Positions 29,601-37,688 of a stretch of 59,500 nt of DNA are shown piece after piece (the first letter of the stretch is position 1; each line of letters starts with the position of its first letter). The DNA lies in the NCBI GenBank assembly GCA_031258755.1, contig JAIRMK010000207.1, forward strand, positions 1-59,500, in the 5' to 3' direction. The notes below the pieces were generated by a model, which ran no database searches, was not told the origin of the DNA, and saw nothing but the letters and a program-made list of their open reading frames with translations. The translations under genes were made by a program, and so were the position numbers. This stretch comes from Prevotellaceae bacterium. Its GTDB lineage: Bacteria > Bacteroidota > Bacteroidia > Bacteroidales > UBA932.

Positions 29601-30670
29601 GCGCGGAAATTCCGGACGACAAAAAAGAGGAGATTTTCGATTCTTTCAACCGTTTGGCTTCCGGCAGACCTGCATTTGAAGAGGGCACAGGACTGGGATT
29701 GGCTATTGTCAAAGAGCTGGTTAATAGCTTGGAAGGAAAAGTCTCTTTACATTCAGGCGAGTCGAAAGTCACTTTTACCGTAGTCCTGCCCTTCACGTTG
29801 AACGTAGAGAGAACAGACAGCAAGGTCGTGTCATACGAATATACCATTTCAGAGATAGACAATATGCTGGCAGAGTCGGAAGAAATGAATGTACACGACA
29901 AGCGAAGTCGTAAAATGTATAGCATTGTCGTTATTGAAGACGATTTGGACTTGCGAACCTATATGGAACAACGGCTGTCGGAATATTATAACGTATACAC
30001 CGCGACTAATGGCAACGAGGGTATAGCCAAAACGGAGAAAATATATCCGCAAATCGTAATTACCGATTTATTGATGCCTGAGGCTGACGGATTTGACGTT
30101 TGCCGCAACCTGCGTTCGAATATTAAAACCAGCCACATCCCCATTATCGTACTGTCGGCATTGGGAGAGAATACAGAGAACAAGATTAAAGCGCTGGAAA
30201 GTGGCGCCAATGTCTTTATTGACAAACCGTTCGACATGGATTTTCTGCTCAAACAGGTAGATAATCTGATAAAAAACCAGAATGAATTAAAGGCATTATA
30301 CAGCAAAAAATACATCGCCGAGCCATCGGAAATCACCATTTCATCCATGGACGAAAAGCTGTTAAAAAGAGCCATGGCGCAGATTGAACAAAATATCAGC
30401 AACTTTGACTATAATGTCGAAACCTTTGTGTCCGACATGGGAATAGGACGTACACTTTTATATCAGAAAATAAATGACATAGTAGGAATGTCGATTAAAG
30501 AATTTATAATGGACGTCCGGCTCAAACGCAGTGCGCAACTGTTAAAAGCATCGGACTTGACCATATCCGAAATTGCAGATCAAACCGGGTTTGTGAACCC
30601 CAAATACTTCAGTATCTGCTTTAAAAAACACTTCGAATTAACACCCTCCGAATTTAAAAAGAAGGTATAA
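26621..30670 (+). CDS. hybrid two-component system sensor (HTCS): periplasmic beta-propeller/Y_Y_Y domain, histidine kinase, receiver and AraC-type HTH
   Basis: H-box FTNISHDLKTPLT, G2 box GTGLGLAIVKELV, receiver VVIEDDLDLR...ITDLLMPEADGF, AraC HTH ISEIADQTGFVNPKYFSICFKKHFELTPSEF. 1349 aa. Confidence 0.9.
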   Translation: MRFLFAGLFFILCSTPNLALNISDYRFHTMPETSYYGGIHSITKDSIGRIWFSGYDALFIYNGNSFVQMNDFVTKLLPSSYWLYGQVVTDTSKRLYVGTNQGLLRFNYQTKDFELILTGNIASVTSNEDGTMWLVRDGKIETFYPGRLPDITSYPLPPDVPITALICTKEHIYIGSNGKVYRLDKKTGQHSLFSSLGDDRYVVRDVIEYKESVYILTHMDGLYECDNKGNVVKHYNLSREYGKSASTKKLYLDASNIIWIATQSGLFLLDPHTGEMHCLRSNFHYTYSLPNNSVWSIYPDPDGGTWIGTYGGKLAYMTFFDNDVNYFKATPGGLSHPIVSCFEEDRDGNLWIGTEGGGLNYWDRKTDRFSYYTRQNQTGVTSNMIKKLWYDEKGALLISAFNGGMERFDDRQQRFVDLRMLHPATSQQLSVYDFVMEDSSGIWMTDPDARLMYKDKKKGAVEIVSLFDSTGNAIRMQIETLFRDKNNNLWLVTHRGAYVVDVSTRRIIKHYYIENAPYSVNILCSFCITSDADIWFGTRGGGANRLGADGSYVNFEEQEGLFGKTVFGILEDTASKDIWFSTNDGLYYYDYKNRKINKSRIDNLSLCGAFYVRACYKTSKGEMLFGGTDGFIMFTPGKIKYNNQKIKVFFTDLLINNKKIVPEAKGSPLKKDISTLSCSGDSDNKIILSHKQSNIEVRVSANSYLHAEKNQYAYRMIGLSDAWNFLPRGQKTIQFFNLPAGNYIFEVKAANNDGLWGDEVSALHFEVKPSPFFSVWAYIVYTILLLCIVYFIWRYFTNKKIFKNRLEMEQIKEQNMKKLTQARINFFTNISHDLKTPLTLVVNPLKQLKECLPEDKTPNTYVRLIEKNVNRIQRMISQLLQFREIESQKITFNHQPGDLIQYIKDIFSLFELYANKKGIETDVNSDIERFYTKFDHDVIEKIFTNLFSNAIKYTTENGFVGIKINKTTQEELTSLGLPEKLHTAYISVGITNTGAEIPDDKKEEIFDSFNRLASGRPAFEEGTGLGLAIVKELVNSLEGKVSLHSGESKVTFTVVLPFTLNVERTDSKVVSYEYTISEIDNMLAESEEMNVHDKRSRKMYSIVVIEDDLDLRTYMEQRLSEYYNVYTATNGNEGIAKTEKIYPQIVITDLLMPEADGFDVCRNLRSNIKTSHIPIIVLSALGENTENKIKALESGANVFIDKPFDMDFLLKQVDNLIKNQNELKALYSKKYIAEPSEITISSMDEKLLKRAMAQIEQNISNFDYNVETFVSDMGIGRTLLYQKINDIVGMSIKEFIMDVRLKRSAQLLKASDLTISEIADQTGFVNPKYFSICFKKHFELTPSEFKKKV

Positions 30671-30686
30671 AGCCTTCTTTTTTTTT
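30657..30686 (+). terminator. putative intrinsic terminator overlapping the HTCS stop codon
   Basis: aagaagg (30659-30665) pairs with ccttctt (30673-30679), with a 7-nt loop containing the TAA. Followed by a T-run to 30686. Confidence 0.45.
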
Positions 30687-30865
30687 GACAAATACAAATT
30701 TTCTCAGGTTCTGTACAAAATAGAACCATTTCCGGACAAACGGATACCAAAGTATATACGAATTTTGTTCATCTTTGCTTAACAAAAAAGGAATATTTTA
30801 TTAACAAACCTTTAAAAAGTATATGGAAAATAAAAAACCAAATATTGTCATCCGGGAGCAGGAAG

Positions 30866-30993
30866 CGGCGCAAAGATGCCCCGTTTTGATGCGACAATGC
30901 ACCGTTTCGGCGCGACAATGCACCGTTTCAGCGCGACAATGCACCGTTTCGGCGCGACAATGCACCGTTTCGGCGCGACAATGCACCGTTTTC
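30866..30993. repeat. 21-bp tandem direct repeat, four full copies plus degenerate flanking copies
   Basis: Unit GCGACAATGCACCGTTTCGGC at 30891-30911, 30912-30932 (one G->A), 30933-30953 and 30954-30974. A truncated copy follows from 30975 and a degenerate copy sits at 30866-30890. Confidence 0.9.
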
Positions 30994-31044
30994 CACAGTT
31001 TTTCATAAAATATCAATAATAACTAATAAAAAAATTAAGAAACT

Positions 31045-31701
31045 ATGACGCATGCTTACAGTGTACAACAAAAGCCGGACGCACAATTCCTGGCACAGGC
31101 AAACAGTATTAACAGTCAATGCCATCAGCACCAAACCGACTGGGGTATTGACGGCAACCGGCTTGCAGACTATGACCACTGGCTGGACAATGCCAACAGC
31201 GCATACGCGCTCAACAACGACAAGGTCACGAAAACCGCCATTACCTCCGCCAACAAGAAAGCGGCGTTTGGCGAGTTGAAACACTTTCAGGGACCTTTTA
31301 TCGATTACCTCGAAGTGAACACTAAAGTGCCCGATGCGGCGCTTGAAGCTATGGGCCTGCGATCGCGCGAACATCATGCGCACCAGCCGCTGCCGAGGCC
31401 CGACAAGCCGCCGGTGATTTCGGTGGTGAAACTGCACGATGAACTCACCGTGTATGCCGCACAGCCGGAGCATGACCAGCCCACCGCAGGTGTAGCGCCG
31501 ACACGCTACCATGCATTTATGATACGTATCAGGATGGAAGGCGAAGACAAATACCAAACCGTGGTATCAACCCGCCTGCACCACACCCTCTTTTTTGAAC
31601 GCACCGATGAGGGCAAGCGCCTCTACCTCTCGGCCGCATGGGTGAACCCCCGTCTCGAAGCCGGCCCCTGGTGCGAAGAAATTTCGGAAATCATCGGATA
31701 A
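31045..31701 (+). CDS. hypothetical protein, GC-rich, no signal peptide; C-terminal half possibly FN3-like
   Basis: 218-aa intact ORF ending 26 nt before SusC. No family recognised. The ending ...YLSAAWVNPRLEAGPWCEEI resembles the end of an FN3/Ig-like domain. Composition is much more GC-rich than the neighbours. Confidence 0.45.
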   Translation: MTHAYSVQQKPDAQFLAQANSINSQCHQHQTDWGIDGNRLADYDHWLDNANSAYALNNDKVTKTAITSANKKAAFGELKHFQGPFIDYLEVNTKVPDAALEAMGLRSREHHAHQPLPRPDKPPVISVVKLHDELTVYAAQPEHDQPTAGVAPTRYHAFMIRIRMEGEDKYQTVVSTRLHHTLFFERTDEGKRLYLSAAWVNPRLEAGPWCEEISEIIG

Positions 31702-31727
31702 TTAAACATATCTTAAATCTAAAAAAA

Positions 31728-34700
31728 ATGAGAACACAAAAAAAGATTAAACATTGCTTGATGCTTGTTGCTTTATTCCTGCTACCGATCATACAGATGC
31801 ATGCAGATGTGCAACAAGAGCTTGTTAACATTACCGGGAAAGTTATTGATGAAAATGGTGATGCCCTGGTTGGGGTCACAGTTCGTGTGAAAGACGGGAA
31901 AGCAGTAACGACTACAGATGGAGAGGGAGATTTCGTCTTACAGGCAACTGCTGCTTCAACCCTGATCTTCTCGTATGTGGGCTATGTGGACCAGGAAGTT
32001 AAAGTAACTTCTTCCGGAGTGATGAATATCACAATGACTGGGGGTGATGTGATACTCGACGAAGTAATCATTGTGGGATATGGTACACAGCGAAAAAAGG
32101 ATTTGACCGGAGGTCTTACGGTTGTTGGTAAAGAGAAATTGAATATGGTTTCTACTTCTAACTTAATGGATCGTTTGACAGGGCAAGTGGCAGGGCTCAA
32201 TATTACTGCCTCCAGTGCTGCTCCGGGGAGTGACCAAACCCTTCGTATTCGCGGGGAAAACTCCCTGTCTGCCAACAATTCTCCTTTAATTATTTTGGAC
32301 GGCATCCCCTATAGTGGCTCGTTGGTCGATCTCGACCCGAATATTATCGAAAATCTTTCTATTTTGAAAGATGCTTCGGCTGTAGCGATTTACGGATCGC
32401 GCGGATCTAACGGTGTAATACTCATTCAAACAAAAAGAGGCGCTATCGGGAAACCTCAGGTGACTTATAAAGGCCAGTTCGGATTTGCCGAACCGATGCA
32501 ATGGATAGAAGTGATGGGGCCTAATGAATATATACGTTTCAAACAAGACATAGGCCGCTTGAAAAACAATTATAAGGGTGACCAACTCGATCCTGTCGCA
32601 GGGGCAATTATCAGTGTCAGCGAAAAAGAAAATTATATTAACGGAGTCACGCATAACTGGCAGGATTACATTTTCCAAATAGGTGCTGTAATGGATCACC
32701 AGGTAGCTATATCGGGAGGCACGGAGAATACCAAATATATGGCTGCTGTTTCCTATCTGGACCAGGAAGGGGTAGTCTATAATTCGAAACTTACCCGTGC
32801 CAATATCTCTGCAAATATTGACCAGACGTTCAATAAATGGTTGACCATCGGTGTGGGAACCCAATTCGTACAAAAAGAAAACGGTGGCATAACCCCTAAT
32901 ATTGAACATGCCATAAAGCAGAGTCCGTATGGAAAATACAAAGATGAATACGGCTATTATGTTACTGAGCCTATGGAGTATTCTCTTATAACCAACCCGA
33001 TGATCAACGTAAATGCCGACCAGGATGTAACCAATCGGAACTTTTTCCTCAATACCTATGCCAATATCCTGTTACCGGTAAAAGGATTATCATTCAGGCT
33101 CAATTATGGTTACAACTATCGAAGTTCATTTACCGGAACATATTACGGACGCGACACCTATGCAGGTAGAGAACAGGGAGGACAAGTAGGCGGACAAGCC
33201 AGCATCAGCAATGGACACTATACGAGTTATACGTGGGAAAATATACTCCGGTATGAACGTGAAATAGGCAGTCATCGCTTCGATGCGACCGGCCTGTTCA
33301 GTATGCAGGAGACTAAAAATGTCTCGTCTTCCCAAAGCGGAGAGGGTTTCGTGACTGACGACACAAGCTATTTTATGATGGGTACGGCGGAACGTAACCA
33401 GAAAATATCTTCAGGGTTATCCGAATCGGCTATGCTTTCTTATATGCTTCGTTTGAATTATGGATACAAGGGCCGGTATATGCTTACACTGACCGGACGT
33501 TCCGATGGCTGTTCATTCTTTGGCGAGAACAATAAATATGCATTTTTCCCTTCTGCAGCCCTTGCCTGGCACATAGGAGAAGAGAATTTTGTAAAAGACA
33601 ATGTCAGTTGGATAGATATGCTTAAACTGAGGGTTTCCTACGGAGCTAATGGTAATCAGGCTATCGCTGCCTACAGGACATTAGACCGCCTCTATTCAAA
33701 AGTCAAATATATATGGGGCGATGGCGGTACAGCTGTCAATACTGCCTATTTGGCCAATGACGGCATCGGTAACCCGAACCTGAAATGGGAAACCACATAT
33801 ACCGCGAATATCGGTTTGGATTTCCAAATATTAAAAGGCCGGTTGAGCGGAACTGTCGATTTGTATCTCTCCAACACATACGACCTGCTTATGACCCGCA
33901 CGGTTCCTATCATGAACGGCTACAGCACGATTTATGACAATATAGGCCAAACCCGGAACAGGGGGATTGAAATAGCTTTGAATTCACAGAATATCCGAAA
34001 AAAAGATTTCACATGGAGTACCGATCTGGTCTTCACATTGAACCGCGATGAAATTGTAGAATTACGGGGAGACGGGAAAGACGATATTGCCAACAATTGG
34101 TACATAGGTGAGCCGTTGAGGATTTATTATGACTACAATATGGTAGGTATCTGGCAACAGGGGGATGAATTTTTCTTTACCGATGAAAATGGCAATACGA
34201 AGGAAATTCAAACCGGCGCCGCTCCCGGATCTGCTAAAATAGAGGATGTGGACGGAAATGGATACATCGATGCAAATGACAAGAAAATTATCGGCTCCAA
34301 AATGCCGAGTTTCACCGCGTCCATGAGCAACAGGGTGTCATATAAAGATTTCTATTTTTCATTCTTGCTGAATGGTGTATTCGGCGTTTGGCAGGAAGAC
34401 CATTTGGCTAACATGGGGGCTTGGACATTTGGGCTAACGAATTATGTACATGGCGCAAACTATTGGACGCCTGAAAATCCAGGTGCAGACATCGTTTCTC
34501 CGGGCTATACCAATACCCTCGGGCATGGTTATTACCATAGAACTTCGTATGTACAGATTAAGAATATAACCTTTGGTTACAGCATGGGAAAAAAGATCGC
34601 CGGCAAAATAGGTTTAAGTGCAATCAATGTGAGTTTGAGCGTCAACAATGCGCATACATTCTCTAATGTACGACAGGTTCTCAACTACGACAATAGCTGG

Positions 34701-34757
34701 ATGGCCTCTTACCCGACGGCTCGTTCTTATATGTTAGGATTAAATTTAACTTTCTAA
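31728..34757 (+). CDS. SusC/RagA-family TonB-dependent transporter (PUL 2)
   Basis: Start at the ATG at 31728 (MRTQKKIKHCLMLVALFLLPIIQMHA). ITGKVIDENGDALVGVTVRVKDG, DEVIIVGYGTQRKKDLTG. Ends LNLTF. Confidence 0.9.
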   Translation: MRTQKKIKHCLMLVALFLLPIIQMHADVQQELVNITGKVIDENGDALVGVTVRVKDGKAVTTTDGEGDFVLQATAASTLIFSYVGYVDQEVKVTSSGVMNITMTGGDVILDEVIIVGYGTQRKKDLTGGLTVVGKEKLNMVSTSNLMDRLTGQVAGLNITASSAAPGSDQTLRIRGENSLSANNSPLIILDGIPYSGSLVDLDPNIIENLSILKDASAVAIYGSRGSNGVILIQTKRGAIGKPQVTYKGQFGFAEPMQWIEVMGPNEYIRFKQDIGRLKNNYKGDQLDPVAGAIISVSEKENYINGVTHNWQDYIFQIGAVMDHQVAISGGTENTKYMAAVSYLDQEGVVYNSKLTRANISANIDQTFNKWLTIGVGTQFVQKENGGITPNIEHAIKQSPYGKYKDEYGYYVTEPMEYSLITNPMINVNADQDVTNRNFFLNTYANILLPVKGLSFRLNYGYNYRSSFTGTYYGRDTYAGREQGGQVGGQASISNGHYTSYTWENILRYEREIGSHRFDATGLFSMQETKNVSSSQSGEGFVTDDTSYFMMGTAERNQKISSGLSESAMLSYMLRLNYGYKGRYMLTLTGRSDGCSFFGENNKYAFFPSAALAWHIGEENFVKDNVSWIDMLKLRVSYGANGNQAIAAYRTLDRLYSKVKYIWGDGGTAVNTAYLANDGIGNPNLKWETTYTANIGLDFQILKGRLSGTVDLYLSNTYDLLMTRTVPIMNGYSTIYDNIGQTRNRGIEIALNSQNIRKKDFTWSTDLVFTLNRDEIVELRGDGKDDIANNWYIGEPLRIYYDYNMVGIWQQGDEFFFTDENGNTKEIQTGAAPGSAKIEDVDGNGYIDANDKKIIGSKMPSFTASMSNRVSYKDFYFSFLLNGVFGVWQEDHLANMGAWTFGLTNYVHGANYWTPENPGADIVSPGYTNTLGHGYYHRTSYVQIKNITFGYSMGKKIAGKIGLSAINVSLSVNNAHTFSNVRQVLNYDNSWMASYPTARSYMLGLNLTF

Positions 34758-34770
34758 ATCAAAATACGAT

Positions 34771-36423
34771 ATGAAAATGAAAAATTTCATAAAAAAAGGG
34801 CTGGTGAGCATGTTAATAATCGCCGCCACCGGATGTGAGAAATTTCTCGAAGAAGACTTAAAATCAGAATTGTCGCCTACCAATACCTTTACCAGCACCT
34901 ATGGATTTGAGGTAGGCTCTGCCGGACTTTATGCGCTTACGCGCGCCGAGTATAATACATGGGGCGAAGAAGATGCGTTTATGCACGGTGCTGCTTGTGT
35001 TTACGAAACATTGCATATTGCTACGGATATTGTGGAAGCAATAAACAGTGACGCCTCCCTGACGGCATTTGCCAATTTGACCCTGACGCCTGAAGAAAGG
35101 TTTGTGGCCTCATATTGGAGGTGGGCATATAGCGTGATCGCTTCAGCCAACGAAATATTGCTCTTTTCAGAAAAAAACAACAACTGGGATTTACCAACAG
35201 ATAAGATACGTTTTCAGGCCGAAGCCCGTTTTTTCCGCGCTTACGCTTACCGTACGTTGGTCTATCTCTATGGCGATGTACCCTATGTGGAAACAATATT
35301 ATATGATTTCCAACTCAATTTCACCCGTACGCCCAAAGCAGAAGTATTGGGATATATAATAGAGGATCTAAAATTTGCAACCGAATATTTGCCGGATAAT
35401 CCGGATAACGTGAAAGAAGGAAAACTCACCAAATGGGCTGCGTATCATTTATTAAGCGAAATGTATCTGTTACAGGAAGAATACACGCTGGCAGAGGAAG
35501 CCGCATTAGCTGTGATTAATAGCAAATATTTCGAGTTGATGAAGACCCGTTATGGCGTGAATGAAAAACTGCCCGGTGACGTATTCTGTGACTTGTTTAT
35601 TGAAAACAACCAAAACAGAAAAAGTGGCAACAAAGAGAGTATTTGGGTGCTGCAACTTGAATTTAATACAATCGGAGGAGGATCCAATTCTACCGATTGG
35701 ACACGCAGGGCGTGGATCCCTAATTATTCCAGTATAACAGGTTTTGTTTTAGCCGACTCACTGGGTGGTCGTGGTTTGGGACAGATCGTTCCCATGAAAT
35801 GGTGGATCGGCACCGGAGGCACCAACCTCACCGACAATATTACCGGCATTTTCGAGGCAACAGATATCCGTAACTCAAACTACAATATCAAACGCAACTG
35901 GTATTACAACAACCCGGCAGAAACGTCATTATATGGTAAAAAATGTAATATCACAGAATCAACCTGGTTCTCCGTTAAACATTTATTCCCGGCGCTAACC
36001 AAATTCTTCTATGGACGTGCAGAGAACTTAACCCTTACCGGTAGCTATAAAGACCGTATGAAATTCCGTTTGGCTGAAACCTATCTATTACTTGCCGAAG
36101 CTTACCTGGGACAGCAGAACCCTAATAAAGCTGCCGATGCGGTAAACGAAGTACGCAGGCGGGCTGGAGCAACACCAGTAAGCGCTATAGATATGACCAT
36201 GGATTATTTGCTTGATGAACGTATCCGTGAATTGGTGGGAGAAGAAAGCCGTCGTTTTACATTGGTGCGCACCAATAAACTGATAGACCGGGTAAGGACT
36301 TACAATACGACCCTTAGCGCTAAAATCACAGAAAGAGATTTATTGTGGCCTATTCCACAATCTATAATTGACGCTAACCGTGATATCGAATTTCCTCAAA
36401 ATCCGGGATACGGCGAAAATTGA
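34771..36423 (+). CDS. SusD/RagB-family lipoprotein (PUL 2)
   Basis: Lipobox IIAATGCEKF. FFRAYAYRTLVYLYGDVPYV, RLAETYLLLAEAYL and ERIRELVGEESRRF. Confidence 0.85.
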   Translation: MKMKNFIKKGLVSMLIIAATGCEKFLEEDLKSELSPTNTFTSTYGFEVGSAGLYALTRAEYNTWGEEDAFMHGAACVYETLHIATDIVEAINSDASLTAFANLTLTPEERFVASYWRWAYSVIASANEILLFSEKNNNWDLPTDKIRFQAEARFFRAYAYRTLVYLYGDVPYVETILYDFQLNFTRTPKAEVLGYIIEDLKFATEYLPDNPDNVKEGKLTKWAAYHLLSEMYLLQEEYTLAEEAALAVINSKYFELMKTRYGVNEKLPGDVFCDLFIENNQNRKSGNKESIWVLQLEFNTIGGGSNSTDWTRRAWIPNYSSITGFVLADSLGGRGLGQIVPMKWWIGTGGTNLTDNITGIFEATDIRNSNYNIKRNWYYNNPAETSLYGKKCNITESTWFSVKHLFPALTKFFYGRAENLTLTGSYKDRMKFRLAETYLLLAEAYLGQQNPNKAADAVNEVRRRAGATPVSAIDMTMDYLLDERIRELVGEESRRFTLVRTNKLIDRVRTYNTTLSAKITERDLLWPIPQSIIDANRDIEFPQNPGYGEN

Positions 36424-36463
36424 GAATAATGATTTTTTATTTTAAATTATAAAAACAACATTT

Positions 36464-37675
36464 ATGAAAAAGGTAAAATATTTATATAAAACATTGCCGT
36501 TATTGTTTGCCATACTTTGTTTGAATGCCTGTATCTATGAAATTCAAGACATTGATAAGGTTAAAGAACATATAGAACTAACGGCTTCAGCTACCGACAT
36601 CGCGCTGGATGAAAACAATCTTACAACCGGTATGTTGACTTTCACATGGACTGAAGCGAGACAAATGTCCAGTGAGTACATTGTCTCTTATACCACAAAA
36701 CTGGATATTGTAGGCAACAACTTTGGTACGTCCACAGTGATCCTTAACTACGAGGACGAAGGGGTATTCAGTAGAAGCTTCACTTTCGAGCAATTGCACA
36801 ATTGGGCAAACGACAAATGGAAACTACCTATAAACAGGGTTTTTACACTCGAATTCCGGGTTACTGCCGAATGGGAAGGCGGGCCTACATTTGAAACACC
36901 TGAGGTCCGTACGGTTACTGTTGACGTACAACCTATTAAAGTTGTGGTTTTTGATGCCGACAAGATGTTCATTGCAGGTAATGCAGTGCCGGGATCTAAA
37001 ATAGAGATAAATAAAACTTTAGAGAATGCAAGTCAATATGCATGGTTTGGCAATCTAAATCCCGGAGAATTACAAATCCCTGTGGAATTAGAAGGAATGA
37101 CTTATTACATCATTCCGGAAGATGAAGATGGCAGTACGTTACAAGACGGTATCGCAGAAAATGTGAAAATGGAGGAAAATCCTGTTTCCTGGAACATAGC
37201 AACTGCGGGAGAATACCGTATTGTTATAAATATGGAAGCTAAAGTAGTTACCATTTACTCTTCTGCCACAGCGCTTCAACCTGCTGTTGTTAACTGGACA
37301 CATCCTATTAATGGAGCTCAACAAACTACTGTAACGCAACTATGGCGTTATAAAGCTTGGGAATGGGTTACTGACAGTAACCAATATTTTTCACAAAGCT
37401 TGGCTGACCCTCAGATATTTGTCTATTCCGGGCCTGCATTTAGCGGAACTACTAAATTTGGCGTCGCTGCACATAACAATAGTTATGTGTACACCAACGG
37501 TAATAACGGTGCAACTGTTGTGGCTGCTCTTAATACTGTTTACACCTTATATGGTGGCAATGGTGGTAGTGGTGCTGGAACGAATGAACGCAATTCGTAT
37601 ATAAATTTTACTCCGGCAACGAACTTTATTGTTATTAATATAAGAAATATGACGTTTTCTGCTGAAAGTCATTAA
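36464..37675 (+). CDS. SusE/SusF-like surface glycan-binding lipoprotein
   Basis: Lipobox ILCLNACIYE. SusE-like N-terminus LTASATDIALDENNLTTGMLTFTWTEARQMSSEYIVSYTTKLDIVGNNFG. Occupies the third position of the PUL. Confidence 0.55.
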   Translation: MKKVKYLYKTLPLLFAILCLNACIYEIQDIDKVKEHIELTASATDIALDENNLTTGMLTFTWTEARQMSSEYIVSYTTKLDIVGNNFGTSTVILNYEDEGVFSRSFTFEQLHNWANDKWKLPINRVFTLEFRVTAEWEGGPTFETPEVRTVTVDVQPIKVVVFDADKMFIAGNAVPGSKIEINKTLENASQYAWFGNLNPGELQIPVELEGMTYYIIPEDEDGSTLQDGIAENVKMEENPVSWNIATAGEYRIVINMEAKVVTIYSSATALQPAVVNWTHPINGAQQTTVTQLWRYKAWEWVTDSNQYFSQSLADPQIFVYSGPAFSGTTKFGVAAHNNSYVYTNGNNGATVVAALNTVYTLYGGNGGSGAGTNERNSYINFTPATNFIVINIRNMTFSAESH

Positions 37676-37688
37676 AATACTGTAAGAT

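Noticed and set aside
30866-30993. CRISPR array
   Set aside because: The repeats are directly abutting with no spacers, the unit is only 21 bp, and no cas genes are present.
30801-31016. Minus-strand 71-aa ORF (and, more generally, both ORFs spanning the 21-bp repeat array) as protein-coding genes
   Set aside because: A 21-bp (3 x 7) repeat with no stop in a frame automatically stays open. The minus-strand ORF has no plausible start context. The plus-strand ORF is kept only as an alternative hypothesis inside the repeat finding.
31638-31727. N-terminal extension of SusC2 overlapping the preceding ORF
   Set aside because: The ATG at 31728 is followed at once by a typical signal peptide (MRTQKKIKHCLMLVALFLLP...). 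The extension overlaps 31045-31701 and is Arg/Pro-rich junk.
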